A stretch of DNA of 64,000 nt, from the NCBI RefSeq assembly GCF_009914755.1, contig NC_060938.1. One strand, written 5' to 3'. Within the stretch, counting starts at the first letter, position 1. Every line of letters begins with the position of its first letter. Below the pieces are notes generated by a model that did no database searches, was not told the DNA's origin, and worked only from the letters and a program-made list of their open reading frames with translations. This stretch comes from the human T2T-CHM13v2.0 reference genome, Homo sapiens. Made by a program: the position numbers and the translations under genes. Below are positions 13,750-27,458 of this stretch, piece by piece.

Positions 13750-15122
13750 TTAGACCTCCCTTGGTATGACTCTGGCCTTACTGCTAATTTCAGTAAGTGC
13801 ATCTCCCTTGCTTCTGATGTTTAAGCACTGCTAACCAAAACTGCATTGCTTGCAGAGAGCCCAGTTCTGTAGTAGCATCTCCACCATCATCCCGGACCCA
13901 AGCTGGGTAAGAGGATAGTCACCACTTTGTATCTCAAGGATGCTGGTGCCCCTTATCTTCCTGCAGAAGGTAACATAAATATGGTAGTGGGAGTTTTCAA
14001 ACTTATGTAGTGTATCCATTTCAGCATTCTCCCTTGTTTATGTCCTTCGGTTCTTTCCTCTACCACCTACCATGGCAGCTCTGGTTCTTCTTCACTTAGT
14101 GTGGCCATCAAGCTTCCAAGAAGCTTCCAGGAGCTCTCATTAGCACCAGCTCTGGGGTTCTTGACAGGCTATTAAATCCTGAATCACAAAAAGATTACTA
14201 CCATTTCAATAAACTATCTATTTTTCAACTTTGTGTTCTATCCCCTTGATTTAGCACTCTCAGGAACCAATCCCAAGTGTACTCTCCAAGCCATATCTCC
14301 TTCTGTATTTAGTCTCCCTTCCTTAGCTGGCCTAGCTCACTGCAACCTCCACCCCCTGGGCCTAAGTGATTCTATGCTGAGATTTGATCTTTATTATTGG
14401 TATGGTTATAGGAGGGGAAGTTGGGGGAGGGGTAGGTGGGCAGGTAAGAGAGAGATAAGCTTGGTCTTTAAAGGCACCTGCATGATCTAAGTTTTCATCA
14501 TGCCCTTCAATAAAGGGGTTCCATTATCTTCTGACAAAAAGGAGGGAGCCCTCCTGTCGATCCAGTGGTTTCAGGGAATTTGGGAGTTGAAGGTTTTCAT
14601 ATACATACACCCAGACCGTCCCGTCCCAAATCATGGAGCTCCACACTGACTTTGACTGGAAGTTTCACTGCTTTTATGATTAAGTCTGGAACCTGGTCCT
14701 CCATTCTGTCTGGACTTTGGCTGCAAGACATTAGGGTCCCCTTAAATGCTACCAAGCAGGCCCTCTGGCTTTCATATTTTGCTTTGAATTGGTCATTAAT
14801 TGCTCAAGCCTGACATTTTCTCTTCAACTAATCAATAACACTCCACAGTAGCCACACAACTCCACTGTCCTCGTAAGATAATTTCTCTCATGCCTTCTAG
14901 GCAATAGAGATACTACACCTGACAGTGCATCCCCACCCACTGTCTCCCTTCCCAGTTCACCACTGGCGAAATTTTTTTAAATTGCATTGTGACAGCATAT
15001 TGGGGCTAACCATACTTCACCTGTTATCAATGACGGTATTCTCATTGCCAGGTGGCTGGCGAATGATTCAGCCCCCAAATCTCATATTAGAATCTGGTTC
15101 TTAGGACACGTGTGGAACCAAT
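13750..15122 (-). pseudogene. ERV-L-type (HERV16/ERV3-16A3-like) leader and decayed gag
   Basis: GEYTWDWFLRVLNQG..DSGFNSLSR..ELPW*VVEE..MLKWIHYI resembles ERV-L Gag; begins directly after the LTR. Confidence 0.82.
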
Positions 15123-15512
15123 TGTCTTCCATTGTGTTCCCTGGAAACAGTCTGTGATGAAAAGCTGCATGTGGAAGACCTGTTGGGAGTGCTTTCAGGA
15201 GATGCACCTGAGGGAAATTAAGAGGGCAGAGTTGGTGAGGATGACGCTGACTCACAATGCAGTTGTCACTGAGGCCTCAGTTAATTCAACACAGAGCTCT
15301 AGAACCAATATGGCACTTCAGAGTTGCACAAAATTAAGGCAAGAGGGACAGGCCTTTGTACATCCACATCTTCCAGTTATCAGCCTCAGACCAATACCTA
15401 GTGAACTGTATGAGGCATTTTCCAGGGAAAGACACATCTGTGGGCTGTTAACCAATATTCTCAATTGGGCCTGGAAAGAGGATCTGGGCAGAGCACCAGG
15501 GTACCCATTATA
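15123..15512 (-). mobile_element. LTR16-family LTR (5' LTR of the relic provirus)
   Basis: Reverse complement starts tataatgggtaccctggtgctctgcccagatcc and ends gaca; matches LTR16 as recalled. Confidence 0.8.
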
Positions 15513-15888
15513 CCCAGTTCAGAGTTACCGCTTGGTCTCTGCCCTTCCCCAGTCCCATTATCCCTATTTGACAGTAAAGAATTCAATGTCATGGCAGTAT
15601 TCCCCAGTCTGAGCCTCAGCTTACACAATACAGCTACTACCAAGTTTGTCAAAGATGTGACTGTCCCACTAACCAGTGCATTTATTTTTACCAAAATGAA
15701 AAGTGTTCTCTGGACTCTGCTAGGGTATATAGTCAGGTGACAGGCTGTGAGTTTGTACATCATAAATCTATTCTAACATTCTCACACCCTTGAGCTTTCT
15801 GACCCCTTCTTGCATGCCAAGGGAGTTCTGATACCTTCACATTATTTCAGAAGCCATCTTGAAATTCAAGTGTTAAAGAATTATCCTG

Positions 15889-16210
<322 letters not shown>

Positions 16211-16831
16211 TTAGACTAGCTCCATACGTACTTGACACAATATTGAGCCCAGATCCATGGGTGAGTATCACCATGTGAATGAATGTAGCCTTATATTTCA
16301 CCTTATATTCACAAGCTCTCAAGGTTTTTTCCACTTGTGTTCCCCTCTCCCCCTTTCCTGCCACTATAAAATAGCCAGATCTTATGATTCCTATGCAGAT
16401 CTTATAGGAACTAAGCTACTAGGGAGTTATCGAGACTAAGGAGAAAGCACAGTCACTGGAATCGGGAATAAGGTGGGGATGTGTTCATAAGAAAAAGGTA
16501 GAGAAGCAGAAGCTGAATTATAGCTAGATTTTACTATTGAGAGAGGAAACACAAACTATGTTACCACCCTGGGATAACCTTCTTTCAATGTTTGCAAAGG
16601 CTGCCTTCTAGTGAATGTTCTCATCAACCCTAGTCCTCCTAGTGTCTTCTCAGCAACATTACTGGGCAAAAGTCCATTTAGTGTGAATCGAACACAAAAT
16701 CAGAGCTGGTCTAGCAACAACAGTGATTTCAGATGCTGGGCTAGAGTACCTTAATTTTCCTTAACTCAGAATTGGATTGGTTCCAGAGCCAAAGGACAGA
16801 CTAAGTTAGAGGTGGGTAGCTCAGACATGTA

Positions 16832-17095
16832 GAGGCATAATACAGCGTAGTTTAAAGCCTGGGACAGGAAATAAGGTAGAGCCTCAATTCATTTCTCAGC
16901 TTTACTACTTAGCAGTTGAATATCCTTGGGAAATTTACTGAGCTTCTTCAAGTTTCACTTAACTATACTCATTTGTGGACTGGGGATGATAACACTTATT
17001 TCAATGGGTTACAGTAAGATCTAAATGAAATATTACCTGTGGAGTACTTAGAATCACACTCACTACAGAACTACAGCTCAATCAGTAGTAGTTGT
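16832..17095 (+). mobile_element. Near full-length MIR
   Basis: ccttgggaaatttactgagc...ggggatgataacactt...ctaaatgaaatatt. Confidence 0.75.
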
Positions 17096-17399
17096 AGCAG
17101 CAGTAGTAGTTGTTGTTCTTACTATTAGTGGTGAGGACAGAAGATGTTGGAAGCAGAGAATCAAGCTATTAATTTATAAAGAGGGCAAAGAGAACTGTAA
17201 TCTCTGACCTAATAACAGGGAAATTCACAGGCCAATTCCTAGAAAATTAGGGAAAGGTTCTAAATGCCCCAGAGACCTGATAGCTCCCTAGCAGAAGGCA
17301 GCATGGAGCAGAGGGGTGAGCACACTACACCAAATGACAGATTTCAAGAATCCCAGAAAAGCAACTTCAACTTCAATTGTTGCCTATATATTTTAAGAT

Positions 17400-17865
17400 A
17401 TATGCAAAATTGGCAAGGGGTAGATGAAACAGGTAATTTAATACACAATTAGAATGTAAATTGATATAATCCATTGGAAAACAGCTGGGTAATCTATTAA
17501 GAGTCTTAAAATGCTCATGACCCAATAAATACATTTCTCATAATCTAGCCTAAGGAAATAATCCCAAATATGAAAAAAAAATCTCTATATGTAAAATTTA
17601 ATTTCCTCATATTTATAATATATTATTTATAATAGAAAAAATCTAAAGGAAACTAAATATTCAAAATGAGGAAATAGTTAAGTAAATAATAATCAAAGTA
17701 TATGTAATATTATACATGCCTTTAATGTTATGTGTACCAAGTGCTTATAATATTGAAATATACTTCTCATGTTAAATTAAAATTGGTGCATACATGCCAC
17801 AACTATGTAAAACAGAAACAAAAACTTTAGTCAGAAAAAATACTGAGAGGAAAATCCACATGTCC
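17400..17865 (+). mobile_element. L1ME-like ORF2 end / 3' UTR fragment
   Basis: gaatgtaaattgatataatccattggaaaacagctgg...cctaaggaaataatc. Confidence 0.65.
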
Positions 17866-20452
17866 TGTAAATCTTCCTAGGCCTACTAGATGCATGGCTA
17901 ATTGAATTGATGTAGGTGAAGGACTTGATGCCTTAAAACAGAGTGGAAAATGGATCTCTTCTCTTGCCCAGCACTAAATGATAGATGGTGGCAGCATAGA
18001 GAACAGTCTGAGAAAGGTTTCTAAGGCCCTGCGGCTGGGCTCTGCTGGAAAGAGGATCAAGATTCACTGATAATGTCTATCATGAGCAAATTAGGGGACA
18101 GTAACAGCGATTGTTTGGAATATTTGACATCCTTATATGACTCATCTTTTAGATAATTACAGTGTAAGAAATTTGGGTAACTGCATGAAACTATTGTAGA
18201 GGAGATTCCCTCCCCTGAGAAGAAAGTAGAAGTACATGACCTCAGAGGTTCCTTCCAACCCGGAGAGTTGTCAGTCGAAGTATTTCAGAGCCTCACAGGA
18301 TTAGCAAGGAAGATGTTTTGTGGGGACTGGGAACCAAAATGAAGTTTCAGAGCCCCTCAAAAGTCATAACACAGCTGCTTACTTCATAGATATCATCCAC
18401 AAACAGAACAGCATGATTATTGATTTATCACTCAGTCCATCATCCCAAAAGAAAAGTAGACAAAAGCCATTTCACACAACAGTTCTGAAGAAGCAATTTG
18501 CTTGTAGAGATTATGCCTGGAGTCTCCCTACCAAATCGCAGACATGTATATATATGAGGTTTCCTGGCCTCCTGACTGGGTAGTAATCATCTTGTATACT
18601 TGACCCAACCTGAGAATTTCTGAAAGTAAAACATAGAGCCCTCCAGCATCATTCAAATTCTTCACATGTCAATGATATTCTCAGCACTCTAGCCAGCATT
18701 GAGTTACTCAATCGAGTATAAATTTTTCCCTCCACATTCAGTCAAAGGCTGTTCTTCAAAGGAAATTGTCGAAAGCTGCCATCATGTTTGGTTTGTAATG
18801 CAATGGCAACACTAAACAGCCCAACATGCTCCTCTCACTAGGTCTTCATGTCATGGTGGAATCAACACGTGTTTGGGTTCCAAGCAAAAGCTGGCCTGTG
18901 GCAGCTTGCATGGGAAGTGAGGCTCACCCCAGCAGGTAAAACATAACAAACAAATGTGGCTTAAAATAATTAGTACCCACGCAGAGCAATCCCTGCAGAG
19001 TGTTTTCCTAGACTAGTTGCTTGAAGCCTTCTTTTAGATAAAGAAATGGGCTGATGGGCAGGGAGAGGAGGCTTGAGATACAAGGCAAGAAAGGAAGCTG
19101 GAATTTTCAGACATAAAGCAGCGCTAAGAAAAGCAAAAGTTGGCCTCAAGGCCCCAGGCACCCTGAAAGGCCATAGGAAGTCAAAAGTTCCTCTGAATAA
19201 TTGAAATGTTTTCACTCCATCTGAATGTCTTTTAGTGGTCCAACCACCTTCAATTTTCATAAAAAATTTTGTTTTATTTGCTAGTATTCTCCAACTGGGG
19301 AAGCTTGCTGTGATCCTTCTCTTTTAAAGCCAGCATTTATTTTGACACTAAGGATAAATAAAATATTGGCAAAAGTTTCCCCAGGCAAGGAGCTCTTGGG
19401 GGATTTTAACTTTTGCCCGTTGAGTGTATTTGCCAGAAACATTTGGATGGGTGGGATGGGCATGGCAGCCAAAAGTATTTTTGGCTCACAAGAGATTTTA
19501 ACCAAGAGCTGTCGGGCTCAAACACATTCAAAATCCAAACAGTGGAGTGCAAGCACATCTGGAGAATTGTCATAATCCACGTATCTTAAATTTATAGAAA
19601 ATACTTATTGGAAGAGCAATGATGCAAGTTTAATTTTAGGTTCCCCAGAAAAGAAGATTTCAAGGCCTTATTTTTGCTTTCTTATTTATAAAATAGGTAT
19701 CTTTGGAAGAAGGAGTGTTATTCCTTCACACATCTCAACCTGGATCTGTTTATGAGTATGTTGGAAACTGTTTTCTCTGCTTTCAAACATACTTATTAAA
19801 TAAAAACAGAATTAATCTAGGTCTCCCTTTTCATTTAACAGAGCTTGGGAGCCCCGATATCCATTCAATTAATTAATTGTGGAAGAAGAGTCCAAATAGA
19901 CATTTCTAAAAGCTCTTCAGCATGATGAGTAGAGGAAGATAAGCATTTCATTAGTGCAATGACCACTTGCATGTAATTCTTTGATGTGCCCTAGATACGC
20001 AACTCTAAAGGTAATTACAAGGGCATACTTGGGAGATCGTTTCCAGCTGTCATAAATAGAAATGGCTCTTATGAGTTTTTTATTCTAATAACTTAATTCA
20101 AATATATTCCCACTAAATTGACTCCATCTTCACAGAAGAAAATATTTAGAAGCCAATTAGCAACAATTATGTGTCAGATAATTTTTTTGAACTACTCCAC
20201 TGCCCAGAGGTTAAAATATTCAGAATTTCATGTTCCAAAATTTGCTCTTGTGAAATTCCTTCTATAATAACAGAAACTTTCATAAAACTTAGAAGAGTGG
20301 AGAATATTTAAGCCCACTCTCCGTTTCAGTTCATTTGATGCTCGTTTTCACTGTGTTGTCTCCCACAACAAAATTTTGAACACCTGCAATAATGAGCAGC
20401 ATAATACACTGCCTGAAAGAGCTGCTCTATTTTAGAGAGTTGGAAATTTTAG

Positions 20453-20917
<465 letters not shown>

Positions 20918-20919
20918 CA

Positions 20920-21195
20920 TATTAATTTCCTGGGGCTGCTATAACAAAGTGCCACAAGCTGTGTGACTGACAACAGCCGAAATGTATTGTCTCACAGTTC
21001 TGGAGGCTACAAGTCAAAAATCAAAGCGCTGGCAGGGCCATGCTTCCTCTGAGATCTGGGCCGAATCCTTCCTTGCCCCTCCCTAGCTTCTGGTGGTGGC
21101 TGTCAATCATCATTGCTCCTTGACTTGCTGCTGCATTGGTACAGTCTCTCCCTCCATCATTTCATGGCTGCCTTCACATCGTCATCCCTCTGTGA
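20920..21195 (-). mobile_element. MLT1 (B/C-like) LTR 3' part
   Basis: tttcctggggctgctataacaaagtgccacaa...ctcacagttctggaggctacaagtc. Confidence 0.85.
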
Positions 21196-21409
21196 GGAAC
21201 CTGCAGATATGAAGGGTCAACTGTATATATTAATTCCAAACCTTCTTCCCTGTAATTTCCACCAATTCATCTACGCACTGTCTTCTGGAATCATAGTAAA
21301 TGAACCTATTGAAATTCCCTTTTCCCAGAATAATCATCCAATATCTTCAACCTTTCCTCATAGTTTCTCTTTTCAAGAAGACCCCATATTCCCATCATTC
21401 TTTTTTGGG

Positions 21410-21590
21410 GGTTCAAACCCCAGCTTCTCCACTCACTTAGCTGGCTAACCTGGCAAGATACCCAGGGCGATTTTAGGTAACAGATTGCTCACTAAGTTTT
21501 TCAAGTGGGACCTCTAATACCAACAATGTACAGGGTTGTCATGAGGATTAAATAAGGTATCATAGGTAGGATATGCTCAATGTTTATTTT
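21410..21590 (+). mobile_element. MIR
   Basis: ggttcaaaccccagct...agggttgtcatgaggattaaataa. Confidence 0.7.
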
Positions 21591-22285
21591 CCCTTCCCAT
21601 TTTAAAGTGAGGCACCCCTAGCCAAATGAGATAAGATATAGTGTTCACAGCACCATCCTTCTTTTAACATAATAATGTGTCAATGTTTTAAATGTGAGTT
21701 TGTGTTTTCTGTAGCTATGTCACACTGGTGACTATAATGTTGTGTGTTACGAATGGAATTGTGTCCCCTTCCAAGGGTATACCCTTGTCGAAGCTCTAAC
21801 ACCCAATGTGACTGATTTTGAGATAGGACCTATGAGGATGATTAAGTTTAAATGAGGTCATAAGGGTAGGGCCCTAACTTAATAGGATTGGTGCCTTTAT
21901 AAGGAGAGGAAGAGAGACCAGAGCTTTCTCTCTCTCTGCATGTGCATAATGCACCCAGGAAGAAAGTGTGGCCCTCTGCAAGCCAGGAAGAGAGCGACTA
22001 CCAGAAACCAAATTTTCTGGCCCCCTGATTGTAGACTTCTAGCCTCCAGAACTGTGAGAAAATAAGTGTCTGCTGTTTAAGTCATCTAGTCTGTGGTATT
22101 TGGTTATGGCAGAGTGAGCAGGCTGATTCAGAGTGTGGTACTGTGAAGTATGGGGACTGCTATAACAAAACCCTAAAAATATGGAAGTGGTTTTGGAACT
22201 GGGTTATGGGAATATGCCAAAGAGTTTTGAGGTGGTGTTAGAAAAAGGCTAGATTGCCCTGAAGGGATTATCGGTAAAAAAAAAA

Positions 22286-22286
<1 letters not shown>

Positions 22287-22327
<41 letters not shown>

Positions 22328-22346
22328 GATAGATAGATAGATAGAT
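22287..22346. repeat. (TAGA)10 TGA (TAGA)4 tetranucleotide STR
   Basis: Counted directly. Confidence 0.97.
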
Positions 22347-22433
22347 GCTAAAGGTGATATTACAGGCCTCTGATGAGGCCTCAGAAAGAAAAGAGGAGAG
22401 CTATAGGAAAATCCTCTGTTATCTTAGAAAGTA

Positions 22434-22878
22434 CAGCTGACCCCCGAATAACATGTTTTATTTGTTTGTGTCCACTTCTATGCAGATATTCTTCTGCCTC
22501 TGCCGCTCCTGAGACAGTAAGACCAACCCCTCCTCTTCCTCCTCCTCCACAGCCTACTCAGTGTGAAGATGATGAGGATGAAAACCTTTATGATGATCCA
22601 CTTCCACTTCATGAATGAATTCCAGTTAATGATTTTCTTAATAACATTTTCTTTTCTCTACATCACTTTATTGTAAGAATACAAGTATATAATACATTTA
22701 ACTTATTATTAACTTAAATATGTGTCAATCAACGGTTTATGTTATTGGTAAGGCTTCTGGTCAACAGTAGGCTATTAGTAAAGTTTTGGGAGAGTGAAAA
22801 GTTATACAGAGTTTTGACTACATGGTGGGGGGAGGGTCAGTGCCCCAACCCCTGCATTGTTCAAGGTTCATTCAACTT
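22434..22878 (+). mobile_element. Tigger2a (MER28)
   Basis: ta|cagctgacccc...gagacagtaagaccaacccctcctcttcctcctcct...ttgttcaagg..caactt|ta. Confidence 0.88.
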
Positions 22879-23037
22879 TACATATATCATTGTGAACAGG
22901 ATGTTGGTACAAATATGGATGTTAAAGGCCATTCTGGTGAGGTCTCAGACCAAAATGAAAAATAGGTTATTGGAAACTGAGAAAAGGTGATTGTTGTTAT
23001 AAAGCGTTAAAGAACTTGGCTGAAATGTGTTCTAACA

Positions 23038-23377
23038 TAGGGGTCCCCAATCCCTGGGCTGCACACTGGTACCAGTCCGTGGCCTATTAGGAACCAGGCC
23101 GCACAGCAGGAGGTGAGTGGCGGGCAAGTAAGCATTGCTACCTGAGCTCTGCCTCTTGCCAGATCAGCACTGGTGTTAGATTCTCATAGGAGCACAGAGC
23201 CTATTGTGACCTGTGCATGTGAGGAATCTAGCTTGTACACTCCTTATGAGAATCTAATGAGTGCCTGATGATTTGAGGTGAAACAGTTTCATCCCAAACC
23301 CTTCCCATCCCCTCAGTCTGTGGAAAAAGTGTCTTCATGAACCTGGTTTCTGGTGCCAAAAACGTCGGGGACTGTTG
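23038..23377 (+). mobile_element. MER1B (hAT-Charlie)
   Basis: aggggtccccaa...ttagattctcataggagc...ggtgccaaaaacgtcggggactg; partial TSD ttcta. Confidence 0.92.
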
Positions 23378-23850
23378 TTCTAGGGTTTTTAGGGAGGTAG
23401 AACTTGTGGGTGATGAAATTGATATTTAACTAAGATGTCTCAGCAAAGTGTTGAAGGAGCAGCATGGTTTCCCCTTATCACTTACAGTAAAATATGAGAG
23501 GGGAGAGATACATTGAAGGAATTGTTAAGCAAAAAGAAATCAGACTTGGAGATTTGGAAAATTCTCAGCATCCCCATATTGAAAAAAAAAAATGGAGAAC
23601 TTCTGAAGAGAAGATAACTTTTGAAGAGAACATTGTAAGTGAGGCTGAGCAACCCTTTGATAGGAAATTGGTTTGGATGTGAAGCACGGATTTAATCAGT
23701 CATCGCAGCAAAAGCCAGAGATGTAGATGGGGTGATACCAGCAGAAACAATGCAAGCTGAGACTAAAGCAGACAGAGAGAAAAAAAGGATGGAATGAAGG
23801 AAGGCTGTTGGACTTCTGGAATTCTACAGGATGAGACAATAAAGCTCTTT

Positions 23851-24141
23851 GGGTTTTGTTTTGAGACAGAGTCTTGCTCTGTCACCCAGGCTGGAATGCA
23901 GTGGCGCAATCTCAGCTCACTGTAACCTCTGCCTCCCTCCCAGGTTCAAGCAATTTTCCTGCCTCCGCCTCCCAGGAATTACAAGAGTGTGCCACCACAC
24001 CAAGCTAATTTTTGTATTTTTAATATAGACAGGATTTCACCATGTTGGCTAGGCTGATCTCGAACTACTGACCTCAAGTGATCCACCTGCCTTGGTCTCC
24101 CAAAGTGCCGGGATTACAGGCATGAGCCACCGTGCCTGGCC
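23851..24141 (-). mobile_element. AluS
   Basis: Dimer; TSD aataaagc..ttt. Confidence 0.93.
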
Positions 24142-25480
24142 AATAAAGCCATTTAACAGCAAACATGCTTTATTCTTCAAGAAAAGAGAGAAATGACCCC
24201 AAAAGTGATCCAGACATCATCAAGGCTGCCACTGTCACCACAGGCCCATGGGGCAGGAGTGCTTCCTCCATGGTTTCAGAGGGTGAGGCCCCTCCATTTC
24301 AGCAGGCCAGACGGCCCTCACAGAAAGCCTCAGGGGTGGGAGCAGAACCACTGCCTGGGGCCATGGGGGTGATGCCACTGTCCCAGTGGCCTGGAAGGCA
24401 GAGTATCCAGCCAGAGAGGATTGTTCTCCAGCCCGAATATCTAATGAGATTTGCCTTCCTAAATTTTAGACTTGCTTGGGACCTGTCATCCTTTCCTTCT
24501 TTTCAATTTCTCCCTTTTAGAATGCAAATGGCCATCTTCTAACTATTCTACCATTGTATTAAAAAGCACACAACTTACCTGGTTTCACAGGTTTACCTCT
24601 GGAGAGAAATAGTGCCTCAGGATTGATCATACCTCAAGTCTCACCCATAACTGATTTAGATGATCTCTGGATAACATTTTGGACTTGGAATTGATGTCAG
24701 AATGGGTTAAGACTTTGGGGGCTGTTGGGATAAGGTGGCTGTATTTTGCATGGGAGCAGGACATGAATTTTGTGGGACTAGAAGTGGAATATTGTGAACT
24801 AAATTATGTCCCCCCAAAATTCATAGGTTGAAGTCCTATCCCCCAATGTGACTGTATTTTGGGATAGGTTCTACACAAAAGTAATTAAGATTAAATAAAG
24901 ACATTAGAGTTGGGCCATAATCCAATAGGATTTCTATTCTTATAAAAAGAAGCTCTCTTTTTCTCTTTCTCTCTACATGTGCACAAAGGAAAGGCCATGT
25001 GAAGATGCAACAAGAAGTTGGCCATCTGCAAGCCAAGAGAATAGCCCTTGCCAGAAACCAAACTCTCCAACACCTTCATGGTGGACTTCTAGAACTGTGA
25101 GAAAATAAATGTCTGTCATTTAAGTCACCCAGTCTGTGATTTTTTATGACAAGCCAAGCAGACTAAATACATTGTGCCTATTGTCAAACAAAATCCCTAT
25201 GTTTTACTTTATATGCTGCTGTTAAGACATGTCTACGTAACATATTTAATGCAATGTAAGAGTTAAAGAGAGACTTGCTCTTTGTGAATGCAAGTGCTCA
25301 ACACTACCTTTTTAATGACTCACAAATAATTCTTTCAACCACCTGTAATAGAATCTTACCCAGTGCCTATGTCAGCTCATCAGATTACAGTTGGTAGAAT
25401 CATACTCTTACTAAAAATGGAACCAAATTTGCTCATCTCCAGGCTTCTGGAACCTATCCATTCTCCTACCTTTTTTCCTC

Positions 25481-25674
25481 AATAATAATAATAGCACCCA
25501 TCACTAGGCATGATGCTAAGTGTTCTGATGGATTAATCTCCCTCAACAACCTTATAAGGTAAGGGCTATTCTTATCATCCACATTTTATAGGTGAAACAA
25601 CTCAGGTTGTTGTAAAGATTAAGTAACTTGGCCAAGGCTGCATGGCTATTAGTGGCACGGTCCAGGTTTGAACT
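25481..25674 (-). mobile_element. MIR
   Basis: cattttataggtgaaacaactcagg...aagtaacttggccaagg. Confidence 0.8.
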
Positions 25675-25813
25675 AGCTATTGAACCTTGACTAAGTTATT
25701 TGTCCTCTCCATGCTACATTTTTCTTATCAATAAAACAAAGATAATGATAGTACTTACCACATAGGGCTATCACAAGGATTAAATGACATAATACAGGTG
25801 AAATGCTTAGAAC
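25675..25813 (+). mobile_element. MIR
   Basis: ccttgactaagttattt...gataatgatagtacttaccacataggg...ggattaaatga. Confidence 0.8.
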
Positions 25814-25849
25814 TCATACACTGTCCTACGCATCACCAAATTCAGGCCA

Positions 25850-26345
25850 GCCTAGGATAGAACTGTCAGCTCCATGAGGGCAGGGAGCTGTTTCTGTCTT
25901 ATTCACTTCTACGTCTCTGTTCCTCATGTAGTATCTGACACACAACAGTCATTCAATGGATATTTGTTGAATGAGCTAAAGGCAGGTACCACTTAGTTCA
26001 AAGCTGTGGGAAAAAAAGGTCAAGAATAGGAAGATGTTGGAGGAGTCTTTTATCTCCAACTACAATACCTCTAGTTTTTCACATTTCTTGTTTTCATTAT
26101 ACAGCCTGAGGTTTTTCCTGAGAAATTCTCCCTCCCCTGGGAGGAGCAGTAAGTGTCCCAGTTGTGTACTTCTATGGCTTCCCAGACTTCCTTATCAACA
26201 TACCACACTTGCCTACTTTTGTCTTTCCTGTTGAACTGTAAATACCAGGAGGATGAGGATCCTACTCAGCCTACTCACCAAAGGATCCCCAGTGCTCTGC
26301 GCATGAAAGTTGAACAATAAATACTTACAAAAGAAAGAAATGAAG
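25850..26345 (+). mobile_element. Two L2 3'-end fragments (about 25850-25975 and 26100-26345)
   Basis: ctgtcagctccatgagggcaggga...tatttgttgaatga; second copy ends aacaataaatactt. Confidence 0.65.
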
Positions 26346-26910
26346 GAGGGATGGAGGAGCAGGAGGGGAAAGGAACCTAAAGAAGGAAGGAGGGAAGGAG
26401 GGAAATAACAAAGAGTTTCTGGGAATTTTGTCCAGCAGGTAGGGCACTATGGTGGGAAAAGCAAGGAAGGAAACGACTTAGAAAACCGAGCAATTGACAT
26501 AGAATTCATCTAGGCTGGTGGACTTGAACTTATTGCAAACAGCCACCTATTCTTTTATACTCACCTCAGTATTATGGGCCTCAGCTCATCATTGACAATA
26601 TTTGATCTCAATTTTCAACCTGACGATGAGCAACTTACCTTATACTGAATACACCAAAAACACACATGTGGCATGATGACTAATGATGCAACACAGGAGG
26701 CAAGCTCTGGCATCCACGAGAAAAGTCCTATAGGACTGCAGAGATGGGAAAGATGGCTATATGGTAGTGGGGTCAGGGAGTCTCCACCAAGGAGAGAGCC
26801 CAAGAAGAGGTCATGACAAAGAGTGAGCAAAGATGAGAAGACTGGAACCTTCACTGTCAGCCTCATAGAGGAAGACACCTGAGGACACCTTGGTGATTAT
26901 GAAAATGAAA

Positions 26911-27458
<548 letters not shown>

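Larger units (their letters stand above)
21745..25171 (+). mobile_element. Complete MLT1A-type MaLR provirus (5' LTR 21745-22130, internal region, 3' LTR about 24790-25171)
   Basis: Two co-oriented LTRs, MaLR internal start (cctaaaaatatggaagtggttttggaactggg), perfect 5-bp TSD ttgtg at 21740-21744 and 25172-25176. Confidence 0.92.
21230..26600 (-). mobile_element. Fragmented L3/CR1 LINE relic (pieces near 21240-21400, 21600-21744, 25172-25470, 26490-26590)
   Basis: 25360-25465 on the minus strand translates G*VPEAWR*ANLVPF..DSTNCNLMS, like the CR1 RT motif GEVPEDWRKANVTPIF..DPGNYRPVS; the other pieces are weaker. Confidence 0.55.

Noticed and set aside
15112-15612. Longest ORF in the track (166 aa)
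   Set aside because: Lies antisense across the LTR16, does not start at a real ATG and resembles no protein family I recognise.
22373-22618. ORF with poly-Pro and acidic stretch (PTPPLPPPPQPTQCEDDEDE)
   Set aside because: This is ordinary Tigger2a internal sequence.
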